A DNA stretch of 64,000 nucleotides from an uncultured Bacteroidales bacterium (GTDB lineage Bacteria > Bacteroidota > Bacteroidia > Bacteroidales > UBA7960): contig CAZBGI010000014.1 of the NCBI GenBank assembly GCA_964491395.1, positions 5,714 to 69,713 on the forward strand, in the 5' to 3' direction. Each line of letters opens with the position of its first letter. Position 1 is the stretch's first letter. The notes under the pieces were generated by a model. That model saw nothing but the letters and a program-made list of their open reading frames with translations, was not told the origin of the DNA and searched no databases. Below are positions 29,779 through 39,228 of this stretch, piece by piece. The position numbers were made by a program, and so were the translations under genes.

Positions 29779-31503
29779 ATGATGCCACAAAAGGAACAGA
29801 AAGAAGAATTAAAAAAGCTCAATGTACGGCGAGCCAACATCAGAAGCCTCGTGTTAAGCTTGCTTATTATCGCTGCCCTGAATTTGTTGGGTTCCCGTTA
29901 CTTTGTGCGTTGGGATCTCACGTCAGAAAAAAGGTTTACCCTCACTTCTGCCACACGTTCGTTGCTCAGCGATTTGGATGATTACGTGCATATTCAGGTA
30001 TATCTTGACGGGGATTTTCCTGCCGGGTTCAAACGTCTCAGGAATCAAACCCGCGAGATGCTGGATGAATTCAGGGCATGGTCCGATTTTGTAACGTATG
30101 AGTTTATCAATCCGACCGTTGAAGGCGACTGGGATCGTACCGAAGAGAACTATTCCATGCTTGTTCGAAAAGGATTGCAACCCACGCAGTTGCAGGTTAC
30201 CAGGGAAGATGCCAGCTCTCAGCAGATAATATTTCCCGGTGCCCTTGCCAGGTATCAGGGGCGCGAGGTTGCGGTTTCCCTCTTGCAGGAGCAAATGGGA
30301 GCCTCTTCCGAAAATGTAATCAACAGTTCTACCCAGGCACTTGAATACAACCTGGCATCGGCTGTACACAAACTTACTATAGAAGAAAAACCACGGGTGG
30401 CATTTTTAGAAGGTCATGGAGAGTTGGAATCACGCTATGTTGCCGATATCACTTACAGTCTGGAAGACTTTTACCAGGTGGATCGGTTGCGTATTGACGG
30501 TAATCCTGATGCTCTTTCCGGTATAAGCACCCTGGTGGTGGCACAGCCCCTGGAAGAATATACCCAACAGGATAAGTTTGTTATTGACCAGTTTGTGATG
30601 CAGGGGGGCTCCGTTTTGTGGCTGCTAGACCCTGTGTACGCTTCTATGGATAGTTTGCAGGTGGCCCCCGAAACCCTGGGCATGGCCTGGCCACTTAATC
30701 TTGATGATATGCTTTTCCGGTATGGAGCACGTCTTAATACCGATTTACTCATGGATATGCAGTCAGCCCCCATTCCTATTACCACAGGATACATGGGCGA
30801 TCAGCCCCAGATAAGCATGATTCCCTGGTTTTACTTTCCATTGGTAACTCCAGCCTCAGATCATCCAATGGTAAGAAACCTGAATGCCGTAAGGACAGAA
30901 TTTGTCAGTACCATCGATACTGTAGCAGCCGAGGGAATCGAGAAAACCTATTTGTTGCAAACTTCACCCTACACGCGGATTGAGCAGACTCCTGCACGGA
31001 TTTCTTTTGATATTATGGAGAAACGCCCGGATGAAAGCCTCTACCGCGATGGGCCCCAACCTGTAGCAGTATTGCTGGAAGGGGAGTTTTCCTCTGTTTT
31101 TACCAACCGGCGCAACCCGCTGGAAAATCTGCCTGCCGGTTTTCAACGACGTGACAACGGCGAAAGAACTGCTATGATTGTGGTATCTGATGGTGATATC
31201 ATTCGCAATCAGTTTGACAACCGGGGACAACCCTTGCCGCTGGGATACGACAGGTATATTGATGAAACTTATGGAAACGCAGATTTTATTCTCAATGCCA
31301 TTAATTATCTGAATGATGACAGAGGGATTATGGAAGCCCGCGCGCGCGAGGTCCAGCTAAGATTGCTGGACAGTAACCGGGTGAATGACCATAAACTTAC
31401 CATTCAGCTGGCTAACGTAGTGCTGCCCGTTGTCCTGTTATTGATTTTTGGTTTTCTGCGGGTTTACCTGAGGAAAAGAAAATATGCCGGGAAAAAGTCA
31501 TAG
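29779..31503 (+). CDS. gldG: Gliding-associated ABC auxiliary protein GldG
   Basis: RWDLTSEKRFTL, YLDGDFPAGFKRL, LEGHGEL, DQFVMQGG, VLLEGEF.S.F.NR and VVSDGDII, with a C-terminal TM segment. Confidence 0.9.
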   Translation: MMPQKEQKEELKKLNVRRANIRSLVLSLLIIAALNLLGSRYFVRWDLTSEKRFTLTSATRSLLSDLDDYVHIQVYLDGDFPAGFKRLRNQTREMLDEFRAWSDFVTYEFINPTVEGDWDRTEENYSMLVRKGLQPTQLQVTREDASSQQIIFPGALARYQGREVAVSLLQEQMGASSENVINSSTQALEYNLASAVHKLTIEEKPRVAFLEGHGELESRYVADITYSLEDFYQVDRLRIDGNPDALSGISTLVVAQPLEEYTQQDKFVIDQFVMQGGSVLWLLDPVYASMDSLQVAPETLGMAWPLNLDDMLFRYGARLNTDLLMDMQSAPIPITTGYMGDQPQISMIPWFYFPLVTPASDHPMVRNLNAVRTEFVSTIDTVAAEGIEKTYLLQTSPYTRIEQTPARISFDIMEKRPDESLYRDGPQPVAVLLEGEFSSVFTNRRNPLENLPAGFQRRDNGERTAMIVVSDGDIIRNQFDNRGQPLPLGYDRYIDETYGNADFILNAINYLNDDRGIMEARAREVQLRLLDSNRVNDHKLTIQLANVVLPVVLLLIFGFLRVYLRKRKYAGKKS

Positions 31504-31617
31504 TTTTAATGAGCCTGAATTTCCTTGCAGCTGGATGACAAAACACCGTTTCTTCTGAAATTTGTTAAAACTTTCTGCTCTGATTTATAGCATAATATCA
31601 ACCTAACGAGACTTAGT

Positions 31618-32700
31618 ATGCGCAGAAAAAGCAACCTGTTGTTTTTAATTTTTTCCCTGAGTTTGTTTACCCTGGCGGTAATTTTATATTGGCAGTCAGA
31701 AATGTATTCTACGTTCAGTCCCCGTGACCGGGATTTTCGGGTAGATCCGGACCGGGAGGTAACCCGCATAAAAATGAAGAATCTTTCTGAAGGCAATACA
31801 ATAGAGATTTATAAAGATGAGCAAGACCGCTGGAGACTTGATGAGGGATATTATGCCAATGATCTTGCCGTGAAAGATTTGCTCGCAGTGCTGGAGCGGT
31901 TATCCGTAAAACAACCGGTTAGCCTGGCCAATAGAAAGCAGGTGGAAGAACTGTTACAGGAAAAAGGAGTCAGGGTAGATATTTTTGCCAGGGATTACAG
32001 GGTCAGTTTTGGTGATTTCCAGCATTTATCCTATGAAAGGAGTTATCAGTCAATGATAGTGGGGCCTGATGCTTCAGACGGAGAGAGTACCTACATGCGC
32101 AAAACAGACTCCGATCTGGCATTCAGGGTCATGGGACCCGATTATGAAAGCGGTGTTTCCGCTATGTTTGTGGCAGATTCCAGGGTATGGCGCGATCCGG
32201 TAGTGCTTGATGTGGCAAGCGAGTCTGTTCAATCCGTTCAGGTATTGGTGCACGACAACAAAGAAGAATCGTTTGTGCTGAAACCTACGGATGATAAGGG
32301 TTTTCAGTTTTTCCGCAGGGAGGATAGCGGGGAGGCTCTCAACTTTGTTGCTGATACGGCACGCGTCAGGAGATTTTTATCTTCTTTTACGGATCTTCAT
32401 TATGAACGACTGCTGGATGAAGAGGATGAAAAAGTCAGAAAAGAGTTGATGTTTGAGCAACCCTATATGGAGATTTCCGTAAAATCAAAAGATGGTGAAG
32501 AAACGCACATGAAAGCGTTTGCCCGCCAGATGCCCGAAGGGGAACTAAGTCTGGCAGAAGGACTGGGCCAGGATCCCAACAGGTTTTACCTGCAGGTGAA
32601 TGAAGGAGAATTTGCTTTGGCTCAATATTTTGTGTTTAACCGAATCCTAAGGCCATTGTCCTTTTTTAAAAATAAACCTGCTGACCCATCATCGGATTAG
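31618..32700 (+). CDS. DUF4340-like membrane-anchored periplasmic protein
   Basis: N-terminal TM segment, W.LD..Y.AN, STYMR and WRDPVV. Position after gldG is typical for this family. Confidence 0.7.
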   Translation: MRRKSNLLFLIFSLSLFTLAVILYWQSEMYSTFSPRDRDFRVDPDREVTRIKMKNLSEGNTIEIYKDEQDRWRLDEGYYANDLAVKDLLAVLERLSVKQPVSLANRKQVEELLQEKGVRVDIFARDYRVSFGDFQHLSYERSYQSMIVGPDASDGESTYMRKTDSDLAFRVMGPDYESGVSAMFVADSRVWRDPVVLDVASESVQSVQVLVHDNKEESFVLKPTDDKGFQFFRREDSGEALNFVADTARVRRFLSSFTDLHYERLLDEEDEKVRKELMFEQPYMEISVKSKDGEETHMKAFARQMPEGELSLAEGLGQDPNRFYLQVNEGEFALAQYFVFNRILRPLSFFKNKPADPSSD

Positions 32701-32745
32701 ATTAAAGAATTATCTTTGCAAACGTATCATAAAACAGGTAAAAAA

Positions 32746-33870
32746 ATGAAGTTTATTGTATCGAGCAGCCTGCTGTTAAAGCAGTTACAGTCAATCAGTG
32801 GTGTGTTAAGCACCAACAATACCTTACCTATACTGGACAACTTCCTGTTTGAGTTGAATGACAATGAGCTGAAAGTGTCCGCATCAGATCTGGAAACCAC
32901 CATGACAGCCCGCCTCACGGTAGATATGGCTGAAGATGAGGGGAAAATAGCCATTCCTGCCAAGCTTTTGCTGGATACGCTGAAGACTTTTTCAGATATT
33001 CCGGTAACCCTGGAAATTGATAAGGAGAGTTTTGGTGTCAGCCTTATTGCCGGAGAAGGTAAGTATCGTCTGGCAGGGCAGGACGGAGAAGAATATCCCA
33101 ACCCGGCTGAGCTGGAGAATGCCACCAACCTCAAGATTGAATCTGACATCCTCCACAATGCTATCAGCAAAACCATTTTTGCGGCCAGCAATGATGAACT
33201 GAGACCAACGATGACAGGTATATATGTAGAACTTACCACCGACAATATCACCTTCGTGGCTACCGACGCCCATAAACTGGTGCGCTACCGCCGCAATGAT
33301 ATCAAAGGGGAAGAAAGCGCTGCTTTCATTTTGCCCAAAAAACCCCTTAATCAACTTAAAGGCATTCTGACCATGGGCGATGCACCGGTAGATATTGAGT
33401 TTAATGAGAAAAATGCTCGTTTTATCTTTAAGAATATAACCATGACCTGCCGCCTGATAGACGGTAAATATCCTAACTACACGGCGGTTATACCGTTAGA
33501 AAACCCCAATAAACTTACATTGGACCGCTCACCGTTCCTCAATGCTATCAGGAGGGTTTCTTTGTTTTCCAACCAGGCAACCTATCAGGTTAAATTTAAA
33601 ATTGCCGGTACGGAACTACACCTTATGGCCGAAGATCTTGATTACAGCAATGAAGCCAAGGAGAGACTCAACTGCCACTTCGAAGGCAACGACATGGAGA
33701 TTGGCTTCAACAGTAAGTTCATGGTTGAAATGCTCAATAACCTGGAAACCGATCAGGTGGTAATGGAAATGTCTGAGCCTAACCGTGCCGGGTTGATTCT
33801 GCCCCTGGATGATGAAAACCAGGATGAAGATATATTAATGCTTGTTATGCCCGTAATGCTTAATGCATAA
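32746..33870 (+). CDS. dnaN: DNA polymerase III beta clamp
   Basis: LPILDNFL, ASDLE, DELRPTMTG, VATDAHKL, RLIDGKYPNY, IGFN and LVMPV. TATCTTTG at 32711-18. Confidence 0.97.
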   Translation: MKFIVSSSLLLKQLQSISGVLSTNNTLPILDNFLFELNDNELKVSASDLETTMTARLTVDMAEDEGKIAIPAKLLLDTLKTFSDIPVTLEIDKESFGVSLIAGEGKYRLAGQDGEEYPNPAELENATNLKIESDILHNAISKTIFAASNDELRPTMTGIYVELTTDNITFVATDAHKLVRYRRNDIKGEESAAFILPKKPLNQLKGILTMGDAPVDIEFNEKNARFIFKNITMTCRLIDGKYPNYTAVIPLENPNKLTLDRSPFLNAIRRVSLFSNQATYQVKFKIAGTELHLMAEDLDYSNEAKERLNCHFEGNDMEIGFNSKFMVEMLNNLETDQVVMEMSEPNRAGLILPLDDENQDEDILMLVMPVMLNA

Positions 33871-33891
33871 AAGGAATTCTTGCATGTAAAA

Positions 33892-33931
33892 TAAAAAACA
33901 GGGAACGTTTTTCAGCGTTCCCTGTTTTTTA
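33892..33931. terminator. Bidirectional terminator between dnaN and the ABC-F gene
   Basis: TAAAAAACAGGGAACG-loop-CGTTCCCTGTTTTTTA. Confidence 0.9.
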
Positions 33932-33932
33932 T

Positions 33933-35813
33933 TTATGCCCATTGTGATAGTTCCAGCCAGCGGTTTTCTTTTTCTTCCAGTTCTTTCTCCAACGCCTGAT
34001 AATCTGCCGATATTTTTTGCAATTCATCAGGAGGAAGTTTTCCGGAATTCATTTTGTCAAGATAAAGGTTTTTGGTTGTTTCCAGTTGCTCAATGGCCTG
34101 TTCCAGCTCGTTAAATTCCCGCTGTTCCTTAAAGGTAAGTTTGGTTTTCTCTTTGGGTTTGGTGGCTTCAGGTTGGGGAGCAGCCTGTTTTTCCGTTTTA
34201 CGGGTTTGTTGTTTTTCTTCAGCTTTCTTTTCCTGGTATTCGGTATAGTTTCCGGGAAAGTCTTTGATTTTGCCGTTACCTTCAAAAACAAAAATATGAT
34301 CGACCAGGTTGTCCAGGAAATACCGGTCGTGGGATACTACGATAAGACAACCGGGAAAATCCTCCAGAAAATCTTCCAGGACATTGAGCGTAGCAATGTC
34401 CAGATCGTTGGTAGGCTCGTCGAGAATCAGAAAATTGGGGTTTTTCATTAAAACGGTTAACAGGTACAACCTGCGTTTTTCGCCTCCGCTGAGTTTTCGC
34501 ACCAGGTCGTTCTGGGTGGAGTAGGGGAAGGAGAAATATTGCAGGAACTGGGCAGCTGACATGGTTACATCCTTTCCCACCTTAATAGACTCAGCAATAT
34601 CTTTTACCACGTCAATCACTTTCTTGCTTTCATCTACCTTGATTCCTTCCTGAGAGAAATATCCGTATTGAACTGTCTCCCCTGTAGTTACTGTTCCTTT
34701 GTCAGGTTGCAGTTTACGGGTGATGATGTTCAGCAGGGTGGTTTTGCCCGAGCCATTCATTCCTACAATTCCTGCCTTTTCTCTCTTTTTGAAGATATAG
34801 GAAAAATCATCGATGATGAGTTTGTCATCAAATCTTTTGGTAATATTTTCCAACTCCAGGATTTTCTTTCCCATTCTTGCCGATTGCATAATGATTTCAC
34901 CTTGTTGGTGAGCAGATTGTAGCGAAGCTGTTTCTTTTAAATCATGATAAGCACTGATGCGGGCTTTTGATTTTGTGGTGCGTGCTTTGGGCTGGCGTCT
35001 CATCCACTCTGTTTCCTTTTTTAGCAGGTTGCGGGCTTTTTCAGTTCTTGTTAACAAATCGGCTTCCCGTTCCTGTTTTTTTTGAAGGAAGTAGGCATAA
35101 TTGCCCCGGTAATGGTAAATATTGCCGTTTTCCAGCTCAAGTATTTCATTGCAAACATTGTCAAGAAAATACCGATCGTGGGTAACCAGCAACAAGGTCA
35201 GCTTTTGTTTGGCCAGGTATCCTTCCAGCCATTCAATCATTTCAATGTCGAGATGGTTGGTAGGCTCATCAAGAATAATAAAGTCGGCTTCTTCCACCAG
35301 TATTTTTGCCAGTGCCACCCTCTTTATCTGCCCACCTGAAAGTTGGCCTACGGGTTGGTCAAAATCTTCAATCTTTAATTGAGAAAGAATCTGTTTGATT
35401 TTGGCCTCCATGTTCCAGGCCTGCAATTCGTCCATTGCAGAAATGAGTTTCTGCATGGTTTCATGGTCGGCTTTATGGGGTGCTTTTTCCTGCAAGCGCA
35501 GTTGTTGTTCATATTCTCTGAGGGTGCTGATAACCGGACTGTCATCATTCAGAATGGTCTGAATTACCGTGGGCTCGGGATCAAAAGAAGGATTCTGGTC
35601 CAGGTAGGCTATGCGAAGTCCTTTTCTGAAATTACACGATCCAGCATCGGGAATGTCTTTGCCCATCATAATATTAAGCAAGGTGGTTTTCCCGGCTCCA
35701 TTGCGTGCGATGAACCCTACTTTCTGTCCCTGATCAATACCAAAACTGATGTCCTCAAACAGGACTTTTTCCGCGTACGCTTTACTGAGATTGTCTGCCT
35801 GAAAATAATTCAT
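33933..35813 (-). CDS. ABC-F family ATPase (Uup-like)
   Basis: Two ABC domains (ARNGAGKTT/LSGGQ/LDEPTNHLD and GMNGSGKTT/LSGGE/LDEPTNDLD), no TM segments, and a C-terminal KLTFKEQRE..RWLEL coil. Confidence 0.92.
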   Translation of the reverse strand: MNYFQADNLSKAYAEKVLFEDISFGIDQGQKVGFIARNGAGKTTLLNIMMGKDIPDAGSCNFRKGLRIAYLDQNPSFDPEPTVIQTILNDDSPVISTLREYEQQLRLQEKAPHKADHETMQKLISAMDELQAWNMEAKIKQILSQLKIEDFDQPVGQLSGGQIKRVALAKILVEEADFIILDEPTNHLDIEMIEWLEGYLAKQKLTLLLVTHDRYFLDNVCNEILELENGNIYHYRGNYAYFLQKKQEREADLLTRTEKARNLLKKETEWMRRQPKARTTKSKARISAYHDLKETASLQSAHQQGEIIMQSARMGKKILELENITKRFDDKLIIDDFSYIFKKREKAGIVGMNGSGKTTLLNIITRKLQPDKGTVTTGETVQYGYFSQEGIKVDESKKVIDVVKDIAESIKVGKDVTMSAAQFLQYFSFPYSTQNDLVRKLSGGEKRRLYLLTVLMKNPNFLILDEPTNDLDIATLNVLEDFLEDFPGCLIVVSHDRYFLDNLVDHIFVFEGNGKIKDFPGNYTEYQEKKAEEKQQTRKTEKQAAPQPEATKPKEKTKLTFKEQREFNELEQAIEQLETTKNLYLDKMNSGKLPPDELQKISADYQALEKELEEKENRWLELSQWA

Positions 35814-35885
35814 TTGTCAAAAATAGTTTATGCGAAATTACTGTATTTTCGCTTTTCAGCTGCTGTTTTCATGGTAAACAGGAAT

Positions 35886-35918
35886 AAAAAAAGCCTTGCA
35901 GAATATACAAGGCTTTTG
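35886..35918 (-). terminator. Terminator of the cold-shock gene
   Basis: AAAAAAAGCCTTG...CAAGGCTTTT stem with an A-run (U-tract on the minus strand). Confidence 0.75.
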
Positions 35919-35935
35919 GCGGGGTTGCGAATTTT

Positions 35936-36127
35936 TCAGGCAATTCTTACATTGACTGCTTTTTTTCCTTTTTCATCTTCGGCAACTTCAAAAGTTACTT
36001 TATCATCATTGTTGATTTTATCAACCAATCCGGTGTGATGAACAAAAACATCTTTTCCTGTAGCTTCCTCTACAATAAACCCGTAGCCCTTTTTCTCATT
36101 AAAAAATTTAACTGTTCCGTTTTCCAT
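35936..36127 (-). CDS. csp: Cold-shock protein (63 aa)
   Basis: GTVKFFNEKKGYGFI (RNP1) and DVFVHHTG (RNP2). ATG at 36127. Confidence 0.95.
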   Translation of the reverse strand: MENGTVKFFNEKKGYGFIVEEATGKDVFVHHTGLVDKINNDDKVTFEVAEDEKGKKAVNVRIA

Positions 36128-36166
36128 GTTAGAAATAAATTTATGCATTAAAATAGAATCAACATT

Positions 36167-36197
36167 CAAAAATACAAATTTTTGCAACATAAGCAAA
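36167..36197 (-). promoter_or_regulatory. Consensus Bacteroidota housekeeping promoter of csp
   Basis: Minus strand reads TTTG, 19 nt, TATTTTTG. Confidence 0.7.
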
Positions 36198-36362
36198 TCT
36201 TTTTAATGAATATGTGGGTGAAAATCAGCGATTTTATAGAAACAGGGCCTGATTAATGACAATTTTCCAGAATAACAACCGACAGGTAGATCCGGACTTT
36301 CAGAAATGGGTTGAAAAATAAAGGGGGTGATACAGTAAGTTGATTCCTCTTTTTTGGAGCAC

Positions 36363-36439
36363 AAAAAAAGCCGGGTAGTTTCCGTAAATTGTTTGCAAGC
36401 AGAGAAAAAGGTTTACGTTGTTATGAAACTACCGCGGCT
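36363..36439 (-). terminator. Long interrupted stem-loop terminator after pckA
   Basis: Paired segments AGCCG/CGGCT, GGTAGTTTC/GAAACTACC and CGTAAA/TTTACG, followed by a U-run on the minus strand. Confidence 0.6.
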
Positions 36440-36457
36440 GTTTAGTACAAAGGTAAT

Positions 36458-38737
36458 TTAAAAATACTGGATTTCCTCAACCAGTTGCCAGGGTTCTTTT
36501 ATAAGGTAAGGATTTTTGTCAATATGAATGAGTCCGCTGATGGAAAGCTTTTTCACATGGAATTGGGTCTGACCTTCTGTATCAAGGAATTTAATTACTA
36601 TCAATGAGCCAATTTTGATTATGAAATTATCCACCTCCTGAGCAACATCCATGAGGGCGTCTTTCGCTTTGATGATATCGGGATTTTTGCAGGGTTTTGC
36701 CGTAAAGCATTTGTAGATATCATCAATAATATCATAAACCTGTGCAGTGGTCATTTCCTCTCTCGAATGGGTCATAAATTCGTTGTATCCCATCTCAGAC
36801 TTTTCCTGGCTATAGGGTTCCAGACCTACTGTTTTGGTTAGTTTCAGCACGGCATTGTAGCAATTCATGCTGTTGTTCTGGTTTTCTGTGTCGAACCATG
36901 AAATTACAGGAACGTAGCGGCGCAGATTTCTCTTTTTGTAATCGGAATTGATAGAGTTGAAGGACACATAGTCATGAAATGCACTTTGCAGGATGTAAAT
37001 CTGGTCTTTGAGTCTGAGAATCTCATCATGGTGCTTTTTCTCCATTTTCTCCAGTTTGCGCTCGTAGTATTTGTAATACTGCTTCATAAACTGGTTCTGA
37101 GGGCCGGCAGCTACCAAACGCTGACCCTCTTCCGTATCCAGAAACTGGTCAAAATTATCAATAAATTTTTCTGCTATTTTATCTGCCTGCTTATTGTAAG
37201 AAGTTTCATACTTCCAGGTGTTTTTAGGATTAAGAATCAGCGAATCCACACCTTTTACTTCGAGGGGTATGCTCAGGCCGAAAGGTTTGATCTCTTCTAC
37301 GGGTGCATTGTCAAGAGAACCATCCAGGATAGCCCTGATGATGTTGCGAGTGGATTCCAGGTCGATACGCTGGCCGATACCGTAGGGACCACCAATCCAA
37401 CCGGTGTTGACCAGGTAGGCTGTGGCGCCATGTTTTTTCATTTTGTCGGCCAGCTGTCTTGCATAAATGGTGGGGTGCAACATTAAAAACGCAGCCCCGA
37501 AGGCAGAGGAGAAGGTAGGCAAGGGTTCTTTTACCCCTCTTTCAGTACCGGCCAGTTTGCTGGTGTAGCCGCTGAGAAAATAATACATCGCCTGTTCGCG
37601 GGTAAGTCTTGAAACAGGAGGCAAAACGCCAAAGGCATCTGCCGTGAGAAAGATAATCTTTTTGGGATGCGTTCCCTTGCTTACAGGTTTTACAATATTA
37701 TCTATGTGATGAATGGGGTAGGAAACGCGGGTATTCTCAGTTTTTGTGGTGTCAAAAAAATTGATTTCTCCGGTTTGTGTATTATATACCACATTTTCGA
37801 GCAAGGCATTGCGACGAATGGCATTGTAAATTTCCGGTTCTTTCTCCTTGCTCAGGTTGATGCATTTGGCGTAGCAGCCTCCTTCAAAGTTGAAAACTCC
37901 CTCGTCGTCCCATCCATGCTCATCGTCCCCAATCAGATAGCGGTCCGGATCAGCTGACAGGGTTGTTTTTCCTGTGCCCGAAAGCCCGAAAAAGATAGCA
38001 GTGTCTCCGTTTATCCCCATGTTGGCAGAGCAGTGCATAGAGGCCATCCCATTGAGGGGAAGGTAGTAATTCATGATGCTGAAGAAACCTTTCTTGATTT
38101 CTCCTCCATACCATGTGCCTCCCACCAGCGACATCTTCTCTTTCAGGTTGAATGCCACATATATGTCGGAATTGAGATTCTGTTCTTCCCATCGTTCGTT
38201 GACCGCTTTGCAGGCATTAAGCATAACAAAATCGGGTTCAAAGTCCTGCAACTCTTCTTCAGTGGGGCGGATAAACATGTTTTTCACAAAATGTGCCATC
38301 CATGCCACTTCTGTAATTACCCTGATTTTAAGCCTTGAATTTTCGTTGGCTCCGCAAAAAGCATCCATGACATAGAGTTTCTTGCCCTGAAATTGTTGCA
38401 GTGTAGTTTCTTTGAGCTCACCCCACACCTGCTCGCTGATGGGGTGGTTGTCTGATCGTTTGGCATTGGGCCCTGCCCACCAGATATTGTCTTTGGAGGT
38501 TTCTTCCATCACAATATATTTATCTTTGGGCGAACGACCCGTAAAGATGCCCGTATCGACAGCTACGGCACCATTTTCGGTTTCAAAACCTTTCTCTAAA
38601 CCTTCCAGCGAAGGATCGGTTTCATGCTCGTACAATTCGTCATAAGACAAATTGTAGTAAATTTCTGGTGTGTCTGTAATACCATAAATGGTAAGATCCG
38701 GAGGGTAGACCTGGATAGTTTCTGTTTTTTGGTTCAT
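36458..38737 (-). CDS. pckA: PEP carboxykinase (ATP) with a ~210-aa C-terminal extension
   Basis: [52 protein letters not shown] and NTGW. The canonical end AAGP is followed in frame by extra sequence. Confidence 0.93.
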   Translation of the reverse strand: MNQKTETIQVYPPDLTIYGITDTPEIYYNLSYDELYEHETDPSLEGLEKGFETENGAVAVDTGIFTGRSPKDKYIVMEETSKDNIWWAGPNAKRSDNHPISEQVWGELKETTLQQFQGKKLYVMDAFCGANENSRLKIRVITEVAWMAHFVKNMFIRPTEEELQDFEPDFVMLNACKAVNERWEEQNLNSDIYVAFNLKEKMSLVGGTWYGGEIKKGFFSIMNYYLPLNGMASMHCSANMGINGDTAIFFGLSGTGKTTLSADPDRYLIGDDEHGWDDEGVFNFEGGCYAKCINLSKEKEPEIYNAIRRNALLENVVYNTQTGEINFFDTTKTENTRVSYPIHHIDNIVKPVSKGTHPKKIIFLTADAFGVLPPVSRLTREQAMYYFLSGYTSKLAGTERGVKEPLPTFSSAFGAAFLMLHPTIYARQLADKMKKHGATAYLVNTGWIGGPYGIGQRIDLESTRNIIRAILDGSLDNAPVEEIKPFGLSIPLEVKGVDSLILNPKNTWKYETSYNKQADKIAEKFIDNFDQFLDTEEGQRLVAAGPQNQFMKQYYKYYERKLEKMEKKHHDEILRLKDQIYILQSAFHDYVSFNSINSDYKKRNLRRYVPVISWFDTENQNNSMNCYNAVLKLTKTVGLEPYSQEKSEMGYNEFMTHSREEMTTAQVYDIIDDIYKCFTAKPCKNPDIIKAKDALMDVAQEVDNFIIKIGSLIVIKFLDTEGQTQFHVKKLSISGLIHIDKNPYLIKEPWQLVEEIQYF

Positions 38738-39076
38738 AAGGGTTTTTTTATTTGCAGCAGGTTGCCTGCTGTTTGTAACTAATGTGTTTTGATGCCGCCA
38801 AAATTATAAAAAAACATACTAAACTCGTAAATAATTCAATAAAATTATCAGCTTATGGATTTTTAAGATTTTTATGGAATAATCTTCCCTTAAACGCTGT
38901 TTTTACTTGTGTTAGATGCATGTGCATGAGGGAGTATTGGAAAACAATGCAGGGTTTGTGGTGGTTATCATCTGTATTGACAAATGAATGTTCATGACAC
39001 GATTTCAAGCCATCCCTGAACAGACAGACCGTGGACACTGTAATTCTGAACGTGATTTTTTTTACTCAATCCATGT

Positions 39077-39228
39077 ATGATGGCTGCCAAAATGCATAAA
39101 AAGGAACATTTTCATTCAAAGATAGGCCCTGTCTGTGGTTGCTTTTTCTGTGGTGCAGGAAGTGGATTCTTTATGGGATAAGGTAGTGCATTGCAGCCAG
39201 CGATACAAAACTCAAAAAACAAAAAGGT
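39077..39228 (+). pseudogene. Frameshifted DUF2256-like small zinc-finger gene remnant
   Basis: Three frames together spell MAAKMHKKEHFHSKIGPVCG / WCRKW / WDKVVHCSQRYK, matching the K.CPVCGRPF.WRKKW..WD.V.YCS.RC pattern usually found before this photolyase class. Confidence 0.65.

Noticed and set aside
35379-36038. 219-aa plus-strand ORF
   Set aside because: It is antisense to the ABC-F and csp genes and crosses a terminator.
38949-38976. CAGGGT..CTGTA upstream of the photolyase as another ECF motif copy
   Set aside because: The spacer is 16 nt rather than 14 and both boxes mismatch.
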